A DNA stretch of 32,000 nucleotides, taken from the NCBI RefSeq assembly GCF_000011805.1, contig NC_006840.2. One strand, written 5' to 3'. The stretch comes from Aliivibrio fischeri ES114 (GTDB lineage: Bacteria > Pseudomonadota > Gammaproteobacteria > Enterobacterales > Vibrionaceae). This document shows, in pieces, positions 8,853 through 22,491 of the stretch. The translations under genes and the position numbers were made by a program. Below the pieces are notes generated by a model. It had not been told where the DNA came from and did no database searches. It worked only from the letters and a program-made list of their open reading frames with translations. Each line of letters begins with the position of its first letter. Position 1 is the stretch's first letter.

Positions 8853-9749
8853 ATGTCATCACAACGATTACGCATTGCGATTCAAAAGAAGGGTCGCCTA
8901 TCTAAAGAGTGCCAAGAATTATTTAAACGCTGCGGCATGAAATTTAACATTTCGGGTGAGCGTTTAGTGGTTCATTCTGAAAATATGCCGATTGATCTAT
9001 TGTTAGTTCGTGACGATGACATCCCAAGTCTAATTATGGATGGGGTAGTTGATTTAGGTGTGATTGGTGAAAATGAACTTGAAGAAGTACGTTTAGAGCG
9101 TAAAGCGCTTGGTGAGCCTTCAGCATTTACTACTCTACGTCGTTTGGATTTCGGTGGCTGTCGTTTATCTATTGCGATTGACAAAGATGAAGTATACAAC
9201 GGCCCACAAGATTTAGCCGGAAAACGTATCGCAACAACCTACCCACAATTACTTAAAAGTTTTATGGATGAGCAGGGTATTCCGTTTTCAACCTGTATTT
9301 TAAATGGTTCTGTAGAAGTTGCTCCACGCGCAGGTCTTGCGGATGCGATTGCCGATTTAGTATCAACAGGTGCGACACTTGAAGCTAATGGTCTTAAAGA
9401 AGCTGAAGTAATTTTTCGATCAAAAGCGACATTAATTCAGCGTGAAGGTGAATTTGATGCAGATAAGGCCGCGTTGATCAATAAGCTATTAACCCGTATG
9501 CAAGGTTGTATTCAAGCAAAAGAATCAAAATATATTATGCTGCACGCACCAACAGATAAGCTTGATGCTATTAAAGACTTGCTTCCGGGGGCGGAAGATC
9601 CAACGGTTTTACCTCTGTCGCGTGATGGAGCAAAGGTCGCAGTTCACTTAGTAAGTACAGAAAATCTATTTTGGGAAACAATGGAACAGTTAAAAGCATT
9701 AGGGGCGAGTTCTATTCTAGTATTGCCAATTGAGAAAATGATGGAGTAG
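8853..9749 (+). CDS. hisG: ATP phosphoribosyltransferase
   Basis: [23 protein letters not shown]...[32 protein letters not shown]...[17 protein letters not shown] 8853 ([16 protein letters not shown] upstream) preferred over ORF-track start 8823. Confidence 0.95.
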   Translation: MSSQRLRIAIQKKGRLSKECQELFKRCGMKFNISGERLVVHSENMPIDLLLVRDDDIPSLIMDGVVDLGVIGENELEEVRLERKALGEPSAFTTLRRLDFGGCRLSIAIDKDEVYNGPQDLAGKRIATTYPQLLKSFMDEQGIPFSTCILNGSVEVAPRAGLADAIADLVSTGATLEANGLKEAEVIFRSKATLIQREGEFDADKAALINKLLTRMQGCIQAKESKYIMLHAPTDKLDAIKDLLPGAEDPTVLPLSRDGAKVAVHLVSTENLFWETMEQLKALGASSILVLPIEKMME

Positions 9750-9754
9750 CCATT

Positions 9755-11074
9755 ATGAAAACGTTAGTTTGGCAATCATTGAGCGATTCGCAGCAAGATA
9801 CGGTTCTACAACGTCCTGCGATTACGGAAGGTGCGAATATTACCGCAGCAGTAACTAGTGTTATTAATACCGTAAAACAAGAGGGTGATGCTGGTGTATT
9901 CGCATTAACTGAAAAGTTTGATGGCGTGAAACCTGACTCTATTCGAGTATCGAATGCTGAGATTGAAGCGGCAAGTGATCGTTTGTCTGAAGAAATGAAA
10001 ACAGCACTTAAACAAGCTTATAGCAATATTTCTAAATTTCACCAAGCACAGAAACCACAGCCTGTAAAAGTTGAAACACAGCCAGGTGTCATCTGTGAAC
10101 AAATTACTATGCCTATAAATAAAGTAGGTTTGTATATTCCAGGTGGTAGTGCGCCATTGCCATCAACAGTCCTAATGTTAGGTATTCCTGCTCAAATTGC
10201 AGGTTGTCATAAAGTTGTATTATGTTCGCCACCTCCAATAGCTGATGAGATTTTGTACGTGGCAAAACTGTGTAAGATTGATGAAGTATATAACATTGGT
10301 GGGGCTCAAGCCGTTGCTGCGATGGCGTATGGAACAGAATCTGTCTCTAAAGTAGATAAGATCTTTGGGCCAGGTAATGCCTATGTAACTGAAGCAAAAC
10401 GTCAAGTTTCGAATGATTTCCGTGGTGCGGCGATTGATATGCCTGCAGGGCCATCTGAAGTTTTAGTGATTGCTGATGAGAGCGCAGATCCAGACTTTAT
10501 TGCAGCGGATCTTCTTAGCCAAGCAGAGCATGGTCCTGATTCACAAGTAGTATTAGTTACTCCATCGCCAATTATTGCCGATCAAGTCGCTGATGCTGTT
10601 GAAAGACAATTAAAAGAACTTAGTCGTGAAGATATAGCTCGCCAAGCTTTAGGTTCAAGTTTATTGATTGTTGCAGATTCACTTACTCAGTGTGTTTCAA
10701 TTTCAAACTTTTATGGGCCTGAACACCTTATTGTTCAAACTAAGAATCCGCGAGAGTTACTCCCTCTTCTAGATAATGCGGGTTCAATTTTCTTAGGTGA
10801 TTATTCACCCGAATCGGCAGGGGATTATGCATCAGGAACTAATCACGTATTGCCGACTTATGGGTACACACGAACTTATTCAAGTTTAGGATTAGCAGAT
10901 TTCTCTAAACGAATGACTGTGCAAGAGTTAACGGCTGATGGTTTAAAAGGTTTGGCTCCAACGGTTGTCACAATGGCTGAAGCGGAAGGGCTTGATGCTC
11001 ATAAAAGAGCCGTAACGATTCGAATTGAAAAGCTCGCTCAGTTAGACGTTAATAAACAAGAAGTGAATCAGTAG
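9755..11074 (+). CDS. hisD: Histidinol dehydrogenase
   Basis: 439 aa; [82 protein letters not shown]. Confidence 0.96.
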   Translation: MKTLVWQSLSDSQQDTVLQRPAITEGANITAAVTSVINTVKQEGDAGVFALTEKFDGVKPDSIRVSNAEIEAASDRLSEEMKTALKQAYSNISKFHQAQKPQPVKVETQPGVICEQITMPINKVGLYIPGGSAPLPSTVLMLGIPAQIAGCHKVVLCSPPPIADEILYVAKLCKIDEVYNIGGAQAVAAMAYGTESVSKVDKIFGPGNAYVTEAKRQVSNDFRGAAIDMPAGPSEVLVIADESADPDFIAADLLSQAEHGPDSQVVLVTPSPIIADQVADAVERQLKELSREDIARQALGSSLLIVADSLTQCVSISNFYGPEHLIVQTKNPRELLPLLDNAGSIFLGDYSPESAGDYASGTNHVLPTYGYTRTYSSLGLADFSKRMTVQELTADGLKGLAPTVVTMAEAEGLDAHKRAVTIRIEKLAQLDVNKQEVNQ

Positions 11075-12123
<1,049 letters not shown>

Positions 12124-12124
<1 letters not shown>

Positions 12125-12285
12125 TACCAATCGTAGTAAATAACTGATCATCCTAGCTAGTTAAAATACTCGATAACTGCGTTAAAATTTTTGATTGTAG
12201 AATAACTACTTATCGAAAAATTTTGCCTTGTTATCAAGCATTTTTCCTTCGCTATTACTGCTCATTTACTTACTGTGATTGGTAT
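12124..12285 (+). repeat. MITE-like near-palindromic element between hisC and hisB
   Basis: Ends in inverted repeats ATACCAATC ... GATTGGTAT (extended: ATACCAATCgtAGTAAaTAA versus reverse complement of the right end ATACCAATCacAGTAAgTAAaTG); the interior is also imperfectly self-complementary (GATAACTGCGTTAAAATTTTT ... AAAAATTTTGCCTTGTTATC). Begins at the last base of the hisC stop. Confidence 0.7.
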
Positions 12286-12292
12286 ATGTTAT

Positions 12293-12319
12293 CCCCAAGC
12301 TTAGGAATAAGGCTTGGGG
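12293..12319 (+). other. Hairpin CCCCAAGC ... GCTTGGGG in the hisC-hisB gap
   Basis: Perfect 8-bp inverted repeat with 11-nt spacer; no T-tract follows, so not a typical intrinsic terminator. Confidence 0.6.
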
Positions 12320-12361
12320 CTTATCAAGAATAAAATTAGAAAAAATTAAAAGGACGTTCCT

Positions 12362-13435
12362 GTGAGCAAACAACAAAAGATTTTATTTATCGACCGTGAT
12401 GGCACCTTAATTGTTGAGCCGCCGGTGGATTTTCAAGTAGACCGTTTAGATAAGCTAAAGTTTGAGCCTTTGGTTATTCCTTCTCTACTTTCTCTTCAAG
12501 ATGCCGGTTACCGTTTAGTTATGGTGACGAACCAAGACGGTTTAGGTACAGATAGCTACCCTCAGGATGAGTTTGATGCACCACATAATATGATGATGGA
12601 GTTTTTTGAATCTCAAGGGGTGAAGTTTGATGATGTTCTTATTTGTCCACACTTTGAAGAAGATAATTGCTCATGTCGTAAACCCAAATTAGGCATGGTT
12701 AAAGAATACCTTCAAGGTGGAAGAGTCGATTTTCAACACTCAGTTGTGATTGGTGATCGCCAAACGGATCTTCAATTAGCTGAAAACATGGCGATCCGTG
12801 GTATTCAGTATCATCCAGAAACGATGAACTGGCCTGCGATCTTAAAAGATCTGACCGTAAATGCGCGTACTGCAGAAGTAATACGCACAACCAAAGAAAC
12901 GGACATTAAAGTGTTTGTTAATCTGGATGAGCAAGGCGGCAATGAGATCACTACTGGTCTTGGTTTCTTTGATCACATGCTTGATCAGATTGCTACACAC
13001 GGCGGTTTCCAAATGAAAATCAATGTAGAGGGCGACTTACACATTGATGATCACCATACCATTGAAGATACAGCTCTTGCATTGGGAGAAGCGTTAAAAG
13101 AGGCGCTAGGCGACAAGCGTGGTATTGGTCGTTTTGGATTCAGCTTGCCAATGGATGAGTGTTTAGCACAATGTGCGCTTGATTTATCTGGTCGTCCATA
13201 TCTGAAGTTTGATGCTGAATTTAGCCGTGAGCAGGTAGGAGATTTATCAACCGAAATGGTAGTTCACTTCTTCCGCTCTCTAACGGATACTCTTGCTTGT
13301 ACGTTACACCTTTCTTCATCAGGTTATAACGATCACCACATTATTGAAAGCCTATTTAAAGCGTTTGGTCGTACGTTACGCCAAGCGATTAAAGTAGAAG
13401 GTAATGAACTGCCAAGCTCAAAAGGCGTATTGTAG
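12362..13435 (+). CDS. hisB: Bifunctional histidinol-phosphatase / imidazoleglycerol-phosphate dehydratase
   Basis: 357 aa, GTG start; N-terminal FIDRDGTLI phosphatase motif and C-terminal [48 protein letters not shown] dehydratase motifs. Confidence 0.96.
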
Positions 13436-13443
13436 GAGTGACT

Positions 13444-14058
13444 ATGACAAATCAAAACGTCGTTATTATTGATACGGGTTGTTCTAACGTTTCATCAGTG
13501 AGATTTGCGATTGAGCGTTTGGGTTACGAGGTTACGATAAGCCGAGATCCTCAAGTGGTTCTGGCTGCAGATAAGCTGTTTTTACCGGGTGTTGGCACGG
13601 CAAGCGAAGCGATGAAAAACTTGGCTGAACGTGATCTCATTGAGTTGGTTAAACAAGTAGAAAAGCCATTATTGGGTATCTGCTTAGGTATGCAGCTGCT
13701 GGGTAAACTTTCTGAAGAGAAAGGTCAAAAAGCCGATCAAATTGTGGATTGTTTAGGTTTGTGTGACGGTGAAGTTCGTAAGCTTCAAACCGGTGATTTA
13801 CCACTGCCTCACATGGGGTGGAATACCATTAAACCTGTTGAAGGTAACCCGCTGTTTAAAGACATCCCAGAGAACAGTTATTTCTACTTTGTACACAGTT
13901 TTGGTATGCAAGTAGGCGACTATACTATTGCTTCGTGTGATTACGGACAACCGTTCACCGCTGCACTGCAAGCAGGTAATTACTACGGTGTTCAGTTTCA
14001 CCCAGAGCGCTCAAGTAAAGTCGGTTCAAAGCTTATTCAGAACTTTTTGGAGCTATAA
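13444..14058 (+). CDS. hisH: Imidazole glycerol phosphate synthase, glutamine amidotransferase subunit
   Basis: [48 protein letters not shown] 13444 is well placed behind AGGAG (13434-13438); the ORF track starts 2 codons earlier at a GTG. Confidence 0.94.
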
Positions 14059-14063
14059 GAGCA

Positions 14064-15661
<1,598 letters not shown>

Positions 15662-15665
<4 letters not shown>

Positions 15666-16282
15666 GCCAACAAGAATTAGCAACACGTATTGATTGGGAA
15701 AAAGTGGATGGTTTAGTACCTGCAATTATTCAAGATTTTGGTTCAAGCCAAGTGTTGATGATGGGATACATGAACCAAGATGCTTTGGCTAAAACATTAG
15801 AGACAGAAAAAGTCACATTTTTCTCACGTACTAAAAATCGTTTATGGACTAAAGGCGAAGAGTCCGGCAACAGCTTGAACTTAGTTAATATTTCACTGGA
15901 TTGTGATAACGACACGCTGCTTATTAAAGTAAACCCAGTTGGTCCAACGTGCCATACAGGAACAACAACGTGTTGGGATGGCGATAAAACCGAAGAAACC
16001 CAATTGGTGTGGCTTCATCAGTTGGAACAGCTACTTGCCGAGCGTAAGAATGCTGATCCTGATTCATCTTACACAGCAAGTCTCTATGCCCGTGGCACCA
16101 AACGTATTTCGCAAAAAGTTGGCGAAGAAGGCGTTGAAGTCGCGCTTGCAGCGACGTCGGGTGACAAGGCGGAGCTAGTATGTGAATCAGCGGATCTGAT
16201 CTATCATTTATTTGTGTTATTGCAAGATCAAGGCTTATCGTTTGATGATGTGATTAATAAATTGAAAGAGCGTCATAAGTAG
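15662..16282 (+). CDS. hisI: Bifunctional phosphoribosyl-AMP cyclohydrolase / phosphoribosyl-ATP pyrophosphatase
   Basis: 206 aa; [18 protein letters not shown]...[39 protein letters not shown] and [34 protein letters not shown]; HisIE fusion. Confidence 0.95.
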
Positions 16283-16309
16283 CTCTTTCAATTGAACAGT
16301 AACAAAATA

Positions 16310-16335
16310 ACGCCGATCACCTGATCGGCGTTTTT
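16310..16335 (+). terminator. Rho-independent terminator of the his operon
   Basis: ACGCCGATC-acct-GATCGGCGT followed by TTTT. Confidence 0.88.
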
Positions 16336-16390
16336 ATTGGAATTGAGTAACTATCCTCGCTATACTCTGCGCTCAATTTTAGGAGCGCCA

Positions 16391-17077
16391 ATGTTCGATA
16401 TCCTTTATCAAAATTCAGATTTTCTTGTCATAAATAAACACCCCAATGTAAGTGTTCATAAAGACGATGGTGAAACCTCATTGTTGATTGAATTAGCAAA
16501 AGAGACGGGTGATAAACAACTCTATTTAATTCATCGTTTAGATAAGATGACATCAGGTTTATTATTGATTGGTAGAAATCAAGCTGCCGCTAGTGAATTA
16601 TCACAACTGTTCGCAAACAGATTGGTTGAGAAATATTATTTAGCAATTGGCGATAAAAAACCGAAGAAGAAGCAAGGCTTGGTTATTGGCGATATGGAAC
16701 GTTCACGCCGTGCTTCGTGGAAATTGGTGAATAGTAAAGAAAATCCTGCGGTGACACAGTTTTTCTCAACCGCTGCGAATGATGGTAACCGTTTGTTCTT
16801 ATGTAAGCCTCATACAGGGAAAACCCATCAAATACGTGTAGCACTAAAAAGCGTCGGTTCGGGTATTTTAGGCGATCCAATTTACAGCTCATCTAACGCA
16901 GATCGTGGTTATCTCCACGCTTATGCTTTACGTTTTACTTATCAAGAGCAAGCGTTTGAATTTATTGAAACACCAAAACAAGGTGAAGAATGGAAAAATG
17001 ACACCATTCAAGCTGGATTAGCTCAGTGGCAAACACCGTGGACATTAACTTGGCCAGAGATTAAGAAGAAATCATGA
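16391..17077 (+). CDS. RluA-family pseudouridine synthase-like protein
   Basis: FLVINKHPNVSVHKDDG, LIHRLDKMTSGLLLI, KPHTGKTHQIRVALKSVGSGILGDPIY. ATG 16391 (preceded by AGGAG) gives MFDILYQNSDFLVINKH; ORF-track start 16337 looks too far upstream. Confidence 0.88.
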   Translation: MFDILYQNSDFLVINKHPNVSVHKDDGETSLLIELAKETGDKQLYLIHRLDKMTSGLLLIGRNQAAASELSQLFANRLVEKYYLAIGDKKPKKKQGLVIGDMERSRRASWKLVNSKENPAVTQFFSTAANDGNRLFLCKPHTGKTHQIRVALKSVGSGILGDPIYSSSNADRGYLHAYALRFTYQEQAFEFIETPKQGEEWKNDTIQAGLAQWQTPWTLTWPEIKKKS

Positions 17078-18024
17078 AGATAGAAGCATTAGATACGTTA
17101 TTTACACATCTTGAAGAGCAATTGAATAATCCGCCAAGTGAACTACGTCGTTTGTTTCATGGGCGCGGTCAATGTTTTGAGGGATTAGAGCAAATTACGG
17201 TTGATTGGTTACAGGCAAAAGAGTCAACTGGCCAGCTTGTGGTGGCTTTATTTAAAGAACAAACCCCTGAATTTGTTGAGCAATTAGTTGTTAAGTTAAA
17301 TAAGCTTGCAGAAACTTCATTATGGAAAGTTGCAAATGGCACGTCGATTTTATTGCAACACCGTTATCAAGAATTCGCCCCAACGCAAGTAGTTTGGGGA
17401 GAGGAAAATACATTTCCTGTCGTAGAAGAGAGTAACCTAAAGTATCAATTAGAGCTTAAAAAGAACCAAAACATGGGGATCTTTTTAGATATGCGATACG
17501 GTCGTAAATGGGTGCAGACGCACAGCGAAGGTAAATCAGTATTAAACTTGTTTGCGTATACATGTGGCTTTTCTGTTGCAGCGATTGCCGGTGGTGCAAC
17601 TCAAGTTGTTAATTTAGATATGGCCAAAGCATCATTAGGAAGAGGTCGTGACAATCACCGTCTAAATCAGCATGACTTGTCTAAAGTTAAATTCTTAGGT
17701 CATGATATTTTTAAATCATGGGGTAAAATTAAGAAGTTAGGTCTATATGATCTTATCATTATTGATCCGCCAAGTTTTCAGAAAGGTAGCTTTGCTTTAA
17801 CTAAAGATTATCAGAAGATCTTACGCCGTTTACCTAGTCTATTAACAGAAACGGGTGAAGTATTAGCGTGTGTGAATTCGCCAGCGGTATCTACTGATTT
17901 CTTAATTGATGGAATGGCTGAAGAAGCGCCTGAGCTTAAGTTTGTTGAGCGTTTAGATAATCCACCAGAGTTTAGCGACATTAACCCTGAAAGTGGCCTA
18001 AAAGTGATGCGTTTTACTCGTTAA
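17074..18024 (+). CDS. Class I SAM-dependent methyltransferase (RlmI/RlmK-like catalytic fold)
   Basis: 316 aa; NMGIFLDMRYGRKWV, VLNLFAYTCGFSVAAIAGGA, YDLIIIDPPSFQKGSF; overlaps the upstream gene. Confidence 0.82.
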   Translation: MKIEALDTLFTHLEEQLNNPPSELRRLFHGRGQCFEGLEQITVDWLQAKESTGQLVVALFKEQTPEFVEQLVVKLNKLAETSLWKVANGTSILLQHRYQEFAPTQVVWGEENTFPVVEESNLKYQLELKKNQNMGIFLDMRYGRKWVQTHSEGKSVLNLFAYTCGFSVAAIAGGATQVVNLDMAKASLGRGRDNHRLNQHDLSKVKFLGHDIFKSWGKIKKLGLYDLIIIDPPSFQKGSFALTKDYQKILRRLPSLLTETGEVLACVNSPAVSTDFLIDGMAEEAPELKFVERLDNPPEFSDINPESGLKVMRFTR

Positions 18025-18041
18025 TCTAATTAGTTTGATAC

Positions 18042-18081
18042 AAAAAGCCCTTCTCATCATGTTGATGAAAAGGGCTTTTTT
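18042..18081. terminator. Bidirectional Rho-independent terminator
   Basis: AAAAAGCCCTT-c-TCATCA...TGATGA-AAGGGCTTTTTT between convergent genes. Confidence 0.85.
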
Positions 18082-18097
18082 GTTTGGTGAGGCTGTA

Positions 18098-18496
18098 TTA
18101 TTCTTCGTTTTCTTGTTCGCGATCCAAACACGATTGTTCATTTACAATGATATCATTTTGTTTTTGACCACGTGAATTACGAATAATGTAGCGATAAGTT
18201 ACCCCTTTATCTAACACAGGGCGAACTTCTTTATCTTTACAAAAAGTAGTTATGCTATTTTCAATGATTTGATTGGTACTGATTTCACCATTACCACCGT
18301 CCAAGAACATCATTTCAACGACGCCTTGCTTTGCTTTTGCTTGTAATAAAGTCAGTTGTCCCATCTCTAGGGGGAGCACACTAGCAAGAACACTTGCACG
18401 ATAGTCTGCAAGCATTTCAATCTCTTGTTGCTGCTCATTAGATGCACAGCCAGATAGGATGATTGCACTAATAGCAGTGAGTAGAATTTTTTTCAT
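18098..18496 (-). CDS. Small lipoprotein resembling the T2SS pilotin AspS/GspS-beta
   Basis: 132 aa; lipobox signal MKKILLTAISAIILSGCASN; EIEMLADYRASVLASVLPLEMGQLTLLQAKAKQGVVEMMFL ... VTYRYIIRNSRGQ matches my recollection of the AspS family layout. Confidence 0.55.
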   Translation of the reverse strand: MKKILLTAISAIILSGCASNEQQQEIEMLADYRASVLASVLPLEMGQLTLLQAKAKQGVVEMMFLDGGNGEISTNQIIENSITTFCKDKEVRPVLDKGVTYRYIIRNSRGQKQNDIIVNEQSCLDREQENEE

Positions 18497-18521
18497 CAGA
18501 TAATCTTATTGTTTATATTTA

Positions 18522-18824
18522 TTAAGCTGGAAGCACTTTTTTAAATGGCTTAACAATTACTTTTGCGTAAACACCAGCATCAATATAAGGGTCATTATCA
18601 GCCCAAGTTTGAGCTGCTTCTAATGAAGCAAAATCAGCAATAACTGTTGAACCAGTGAAGCCTGCTTCTCCTGGATTTTCAGAATCAATTGCAGGCATAG
18701 GTCCTGCTACTAATAAACGGCCTTCATTCTGTAGTTGAGCAAGGCGCTCTAGATGTTTTTCACGAACACTTAAACGACGTTCTAAGCTGTTTTCAACATC
18801 TTGAGAAAAAATCACATACCACAT
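18522..18824 (-). CDS. yciI: YciI family protein
   Basis: 100 aa; [44 protein letters not shown]...[29 protein letters not shown]. Confidence 0.9.
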   Translation of the reverse strand: MWYVIFSQDVENSLERRLSVREKHLERLAQLQNEGRLLVAGPMPAIDSENPGEAGFTGSTVIADFASLEAAQTWADNDPYIDAGVYAKVIVKPFKKVLPA

Positions 18825-18928
18825 TATAGAGTCCTTTAATTAAATATCATCATTGATCTCTTCATCATAAAAAAAGCCCCAGTCATAAACCAGAGCTTTT
18901 TGAAAAATAATGAAAATTATTCCAAATA

Positions 18929-19360
18929 CTACGCATTTTTCGGAATTGGACGAGGTTTTCCGCTGGCATCAATAGCAACATAGTTAAAAGTGGCTTCACA
19001 AACTTGAAAGCGGTCACCAATCCCATCTTCTTTTACAGGTTTAACCCATACTTCAAGGTTGATACTCATTGAGGTTCGGCCAATCTTAACGCATTCACCA
19101 TAACAGCAAACAACATCACCTACTTTAACTGGTTTTTTAAAGGTAATACTTGATACTGAAACCGTAACAATTCGGCCACCAGAAATCTCTTTTGCTAAAA
19201 TACCACCAGCTAAATCAAGCTGTGACATAATCCAACCGCCAAAAATATCACCATTAGCGTTAGTGTCAGCAGGCATAGAGAGAGTTCGAAGAAGTAGTTG
19301 GCCTTTAGGGGCTTGTCCAAGGTTATTTGGGCTTGTCAAAGTTGGGTTCCAATACAACAA
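18929..19360 (-). CDS. yciA: Acyl-CoA thioesterase YciA
   Basis: QLLLRTLSMPADTNANGDIFGGWIMSQLDLAGG hotdog thioesterase motif. Exact start uncertain: the ORF-track start is a TTG and no clear ATG lies ahead of the conserved core. Confidence 0.88.
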   Translation of the reverse strand: MLYWNPTLTSPNNLGQAPKGQLLLRTLSMPADTNANGDIFGGWIMSQLDLAGGILAKEISGGRIVTVSVSSITFKKPVKVGDVVCCYGECVKIGRTSMSINLEVWVKPVKEDGIGDRFQVCEATFNYVAIDASGKPRPIPKNA

Positions 19361-19388
19361 AAATAGAATTGAGCTGAGTTTACCACAT

Positions 19389-19415
19389 AAAAAAGCCGTG
19401 TTGTATACACGGCTT
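19389..19415 (-). terminator. Rho-independent terminator downstream of yciB
   Basis: AAGCCGTG-ttgtata-CACGGCTT with an A-tract on its left (T-tract on the minus strand). Confidence 0.7.
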
Positions 19416-19432
19416 AATCATTATCTTTTTGG

Positions 19433-19978
19433 CTATTCTTGTTCTTCTTTTTTCTCTTTTGGCATATGTTTATAAACGTACATACCAGTGAATAGAGTAT
19501 ATAAGAAAGTTAACCCCAATAAACCAAAGACTTTAAAGTTAACCCATACGTCTAATGGCATTTCAAAGGCAACATAAAGGTTCGCAATAGCACAAACAGT
19601 AAAGAATAATACCCATGCGTGGTTGATCTTAGTCCATTTATCATCAGGCAATGTAACTTCTTTACCAAGCATGCCTTTAATTACAGGTTTGCCCAGAATA
19701 TGCGCAATAATTAAACCAGCAGCAAAAACGCAGTAAACAATGGTTACTTTCCATTTGATGAAGTTATCGTCATGCAGAAATATGGTCATGCCACCAAATA
19801 CGGTCACCATAATAAAGGTGATTAGCTGCATTTTTTCTACTTTCTTGTATAAAGCGTAGGTCACAACAAGTTGAATGGCTGTGGCAATAATTAAAGCACC
19901 TGTTGCTGTATAGATGTCGTACATCTTATATAGAGCAAAAAAGATAATCAGTGGGATAAAGTCTAGAATTTGTTTCAT
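19433..19978 (-). CDS. yciB: Septation protein A / inner membrane protein YciB (IspZ)
   Basis: 181 aa polytopic; [73 protein letters not shown]. Confidence 0.93.
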   Translation of the reverse strand: MKQILDFIPLIIFFALYKMYDIYTATGALIIATAIQLVVTYALYKKVEKMQLITFIMVTVFGGMTIFLHDDNFIKWKVTIVYCVFAAGLIIAHILGKPVIKGMLGKEVTLPDDKWTKINHAWVLFFTVCAIANLYVAFEMPLDVWVNFKVFGLLGLTFLYTLFTGMYVYKHMPKEKKEEQE

Positions 19979-20080
19979 TTTTTATGTTGAGCCAATAATA
20001 AATTATGTTGTGAGTGTAACGAAAATTGAAGGAGTAGGGAATCGCTAAAAATTGCTTGTTACATTTTATGTTCGATGATC

Positions 20081-20111
20081 AAAAAAAGGCCAATGTGAAA
20101 TAATTGGCCTT
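20081..20111 (-). terminator. Rho-independent terminator downstream of the DAACS symporter gene
   Basis: AAAAAAAGGCCAAT-gtgaaata-ATTGGCCTT; T-tract on the minus strand. Confidence 0.82.
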
Positions 20112-20147
20112 GTTGATTTAAATTGGGCTTATTTAGGTTAACTTTTT

Positions 20148-21383
20148 CTAAGCATTTTGATTTTCTGTTCTTACTGTTTTTTTGTGTTCTTCTTCAACCA
20201 TCGCATCAACGATCACTGCACACGCCGCATCACCTGTAATGTTTAAGGCTGTACGGATCATATCGAAGATACGATCTAGTGCGAATAAGAGTGGTAAACC
20301 TTCGATTGGGATGCCTGCCGCTAATAAAACTGCGACCACTAAGAAAGAAGGACCTGGAACGCCAGCTTGGCCAACAGCACCTAGAGTTGAAGTCACAATG
20401 ATAGCGATGTAGGCGCCAATAGATAGGTCGATATTGAACAGTTGAGCAAAGAAGATAGCAACTAGGCCGTAGTAAATTGCGTTACCTGACATGTTAATGG
20501 TTGCACCAAGCGGTAAGACAAAAGAGGCGGTAGAGTTGCGAACCCCTAAATCTTTCTCAACGGTTTCCATCGTAACTGGTAGTGTTGCCATTGATGATGC
20601 TGTTGAAAGTGCCACAGCTTGTGGTTTTTTCATTGCAACAAGGAATTGCTTTGCAGAGGTTTTAGTAAATAACCCAACCATCAGTGGGTAGGCTACAAAG
20701 CCAAAGATAACAATAGCAGCAACGTAGACAACGAATAGCTTAAATACCACCATTAGTGCACCAAAGCCAAACGTACCAACGGCTTCTGCCATTAAACCAA
20801 ATACACCGATAGGAGCAATGATCATTACTTTGTTGATCATCCAAACCATCACATCAACAATTGCGTTAACCGCATTAAGCATTGGTTCACGACGTGTTTT
20901 TTCTAATTTAGATAAGCCGATACCAAAGAATAGACAGAAAACAAGTATTTGTAGAATATTTGCTTCATTTAAGGATTGGAAAACGTTGGTTGGGATCATG
21001 CCTGTAATGGTTGCCCAAAAAGTAGGTAGTTCTCCTTTAGATGCATAGGCAGAAGAGAACATTCCTTCTACACCTGAAACATCAATCCCTTTTCCCGGTT
21101 CAAAAATTTCACCCATAAATAGCGCTAAGGCAACAGCTAGTGCCGATGTTATACCAAAATAACCTAGTGTACTTAAACCAACTTTTCCTGCATTACTGCT
21201 GTTACCTAATCCTGCAGCTCCCGAAATAAGAGCAACAGCAACTAATGGTATAACTAACATTTTAATTAGATTAATAAAAATGGTTCCAAGAGGAGCAAAC
21301 ATGGACGCGGATTCGCCCATTGTTGCCCCAACCATGGTGCCTATAATCATGGCTATAACGACTTGAACCCCAATGTTGTTCAT
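20148..21383 (-). CDS. Dicarboxylate/amino acid:cation symporter (DAACS family)
   Basis: FINLIKMLVIPLVAVALISGAAGL, SSMATLPVTMETVEKDLGVRNSTASFVLPLGATINMSGNAIYYG, ALDRIFDMIRTALNITGDAACAVIVDAMVE. ATG 21383 (behind AAAGGA) preferred over 21404. Confidence 0.93.
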   Translation of the reverse strand: MNNIGVQVVIAMIIGTMVGATMGESASMFAPLGTIFINLIKMLVIPLVAVALISGAAGLGNSSNAGKVGLSTLGYFGITSALAVALALFMGEIFEPGKGIDVSGVEGMFSSAYASKGELPTFWATITGMIPTNVFQSLNEANILQILVFCLFFGIGLSKLEKTRREPMLNAVNAIVDVMVWMINKVMIIAPIGVFGLMAEAVGTFGFGALMVVFKLFVVYVAAIVIFGFVAYPLMVGLFTKTSAKQFLVAMKKPQAVALSTASSMATLPVTMETVEKDLGVRNSTASFVLPLGATINMSGNAIYYGLVAIFFAQLFNIDLSIGAYIAIIVTSTLGAVGQAGVPGPSFLVVAVLLAAGIPIEGLPLLFALDRIFDMIRTALNITGDAACAVIVDAMVEEEHKKTVRTENQNA

Positions 21384-21633
21384 AAATCCTTTTTTGTTTA
21401 ACACTTTGTCTACCTCTATGTTGTGTTCTTACGAAAATTTAGTGAATAGCTCTTATTTATTATGTGTATTGTTATTAAAAATTCGGGTGTCGTTTTACAC
21501 GTAAAATTAACATATGGCAATGTGTTTATTAACTTTTGTATATTTAATTGTGTATTTATTGTTTTGTGTCGTTATGTGGTGATGTATTTTATTAACAATT
21601 TAGGAGAGGGTAATTAGGTTGGTATATATCGAG

Positions 21634-21663
21634 GAAAAAAAAGAGGCTTAATTTAGCCTCTTT
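21634..21663 (-). terminator. Rho-independent terminator of the trp operon
   Basis: AAAGAGGCT-taattt-AGCCTCTTT just beyond the trpA stop, T-tract on the minus strand. Confidence 0.85.
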
Positions 21664-21684
21664 AATCATGATTAATTAGATGTA

Positions 21685-22491
21685 TTATTTTTGTGTTGCT
21701 GCTTTCATTGACGATGTGAAGTCCGCAAGTGCTTTTAATAATGCCTCTGGGTTAGCTTGATGTTGTTCAATCAATTTAACCGTTGCAGAGCCTGAGATAG
21801 CACCTGCAGCTCCAGCTTTTACCGCTTCTTCTACTTGAGCTGGCTCTGAGATACCAAAACCAAGAATAGCCGGTGGTGCATCGTATTGATTAAGGCGCTC
21901 TAGTAATTGAGCAACAGGCATACCCGCTTTGGTTTCGGCACCAGTAACACCTGCACGAGAAAGAAGGTAAGTGTAACCGCCACCTAATTTAGCAACTGTT
22001 TCTAGTGTTTCAGGCGATGCTGATGGTGGTGCAATGAAAATAGGGTGAATACCATGTTCTATTGCACTTTCTCTGAATTCTTGGGATTCATTAGTCGGTA
22101 CATCGGCGATCAATACAGAGTCTACACCTGCTTGTTGGCATTTTGTGTAGAAGTTATCAATACCATTTGCGAAAACAAGGTTCGCATAAACTAAAAGACC
22201 GATTGGCGTATCAGGATATTTAGAGCGAATTTTTGTAATGAGCTCAAAACAAATTGCTGGTGTTGTTTTGCTATCCAATGCTCGAATGTTTGCGCCTTGA
22301 ATAGTAGGGCCATCAGCAAGAGGATCCGAAAACGGAATACCTAATTCTAATGCATCGGCACCAGCTTCAATCAGGGTTTCCATGATGTCATAAGATAGCT
22401 CAGGGTTTGGATCGCCAATAGTTACGAATGGAACAAAGGCTCCTTGATTTTTTTTCTCTAGCTGAGCAAATAGGGCTTGATAACGATCCAT
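21685..22491 (-). CDS. trpA: Tryptophan synthase alpha subunit
   Basis: 268 aa; [72 protein letters not shown]. Confidence 0.96.
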   Translation of the reverse strand: MDRYQALFAQLEKKNQGAFVPFVTIGDPNPELSYDIMETLIEAGADALELGIPFSDPLADGPTIQGANIRALDSKTTPAICFELITKIRSKYPDTPIGLLVYANLVFANGIDNFYTKCQQAGVDSVLIADVPTNESQEFRESAIEHGIHPIFIAPPSASPETLETVAKLGGGYTYLLSRAGVTGAETKAGMPVAQLLERLNQYDAPPAILGFGISEPAQVEEAVKAGAAGAISGSATVKLIEQHQANPEALLKALADFTSSMKAATQK

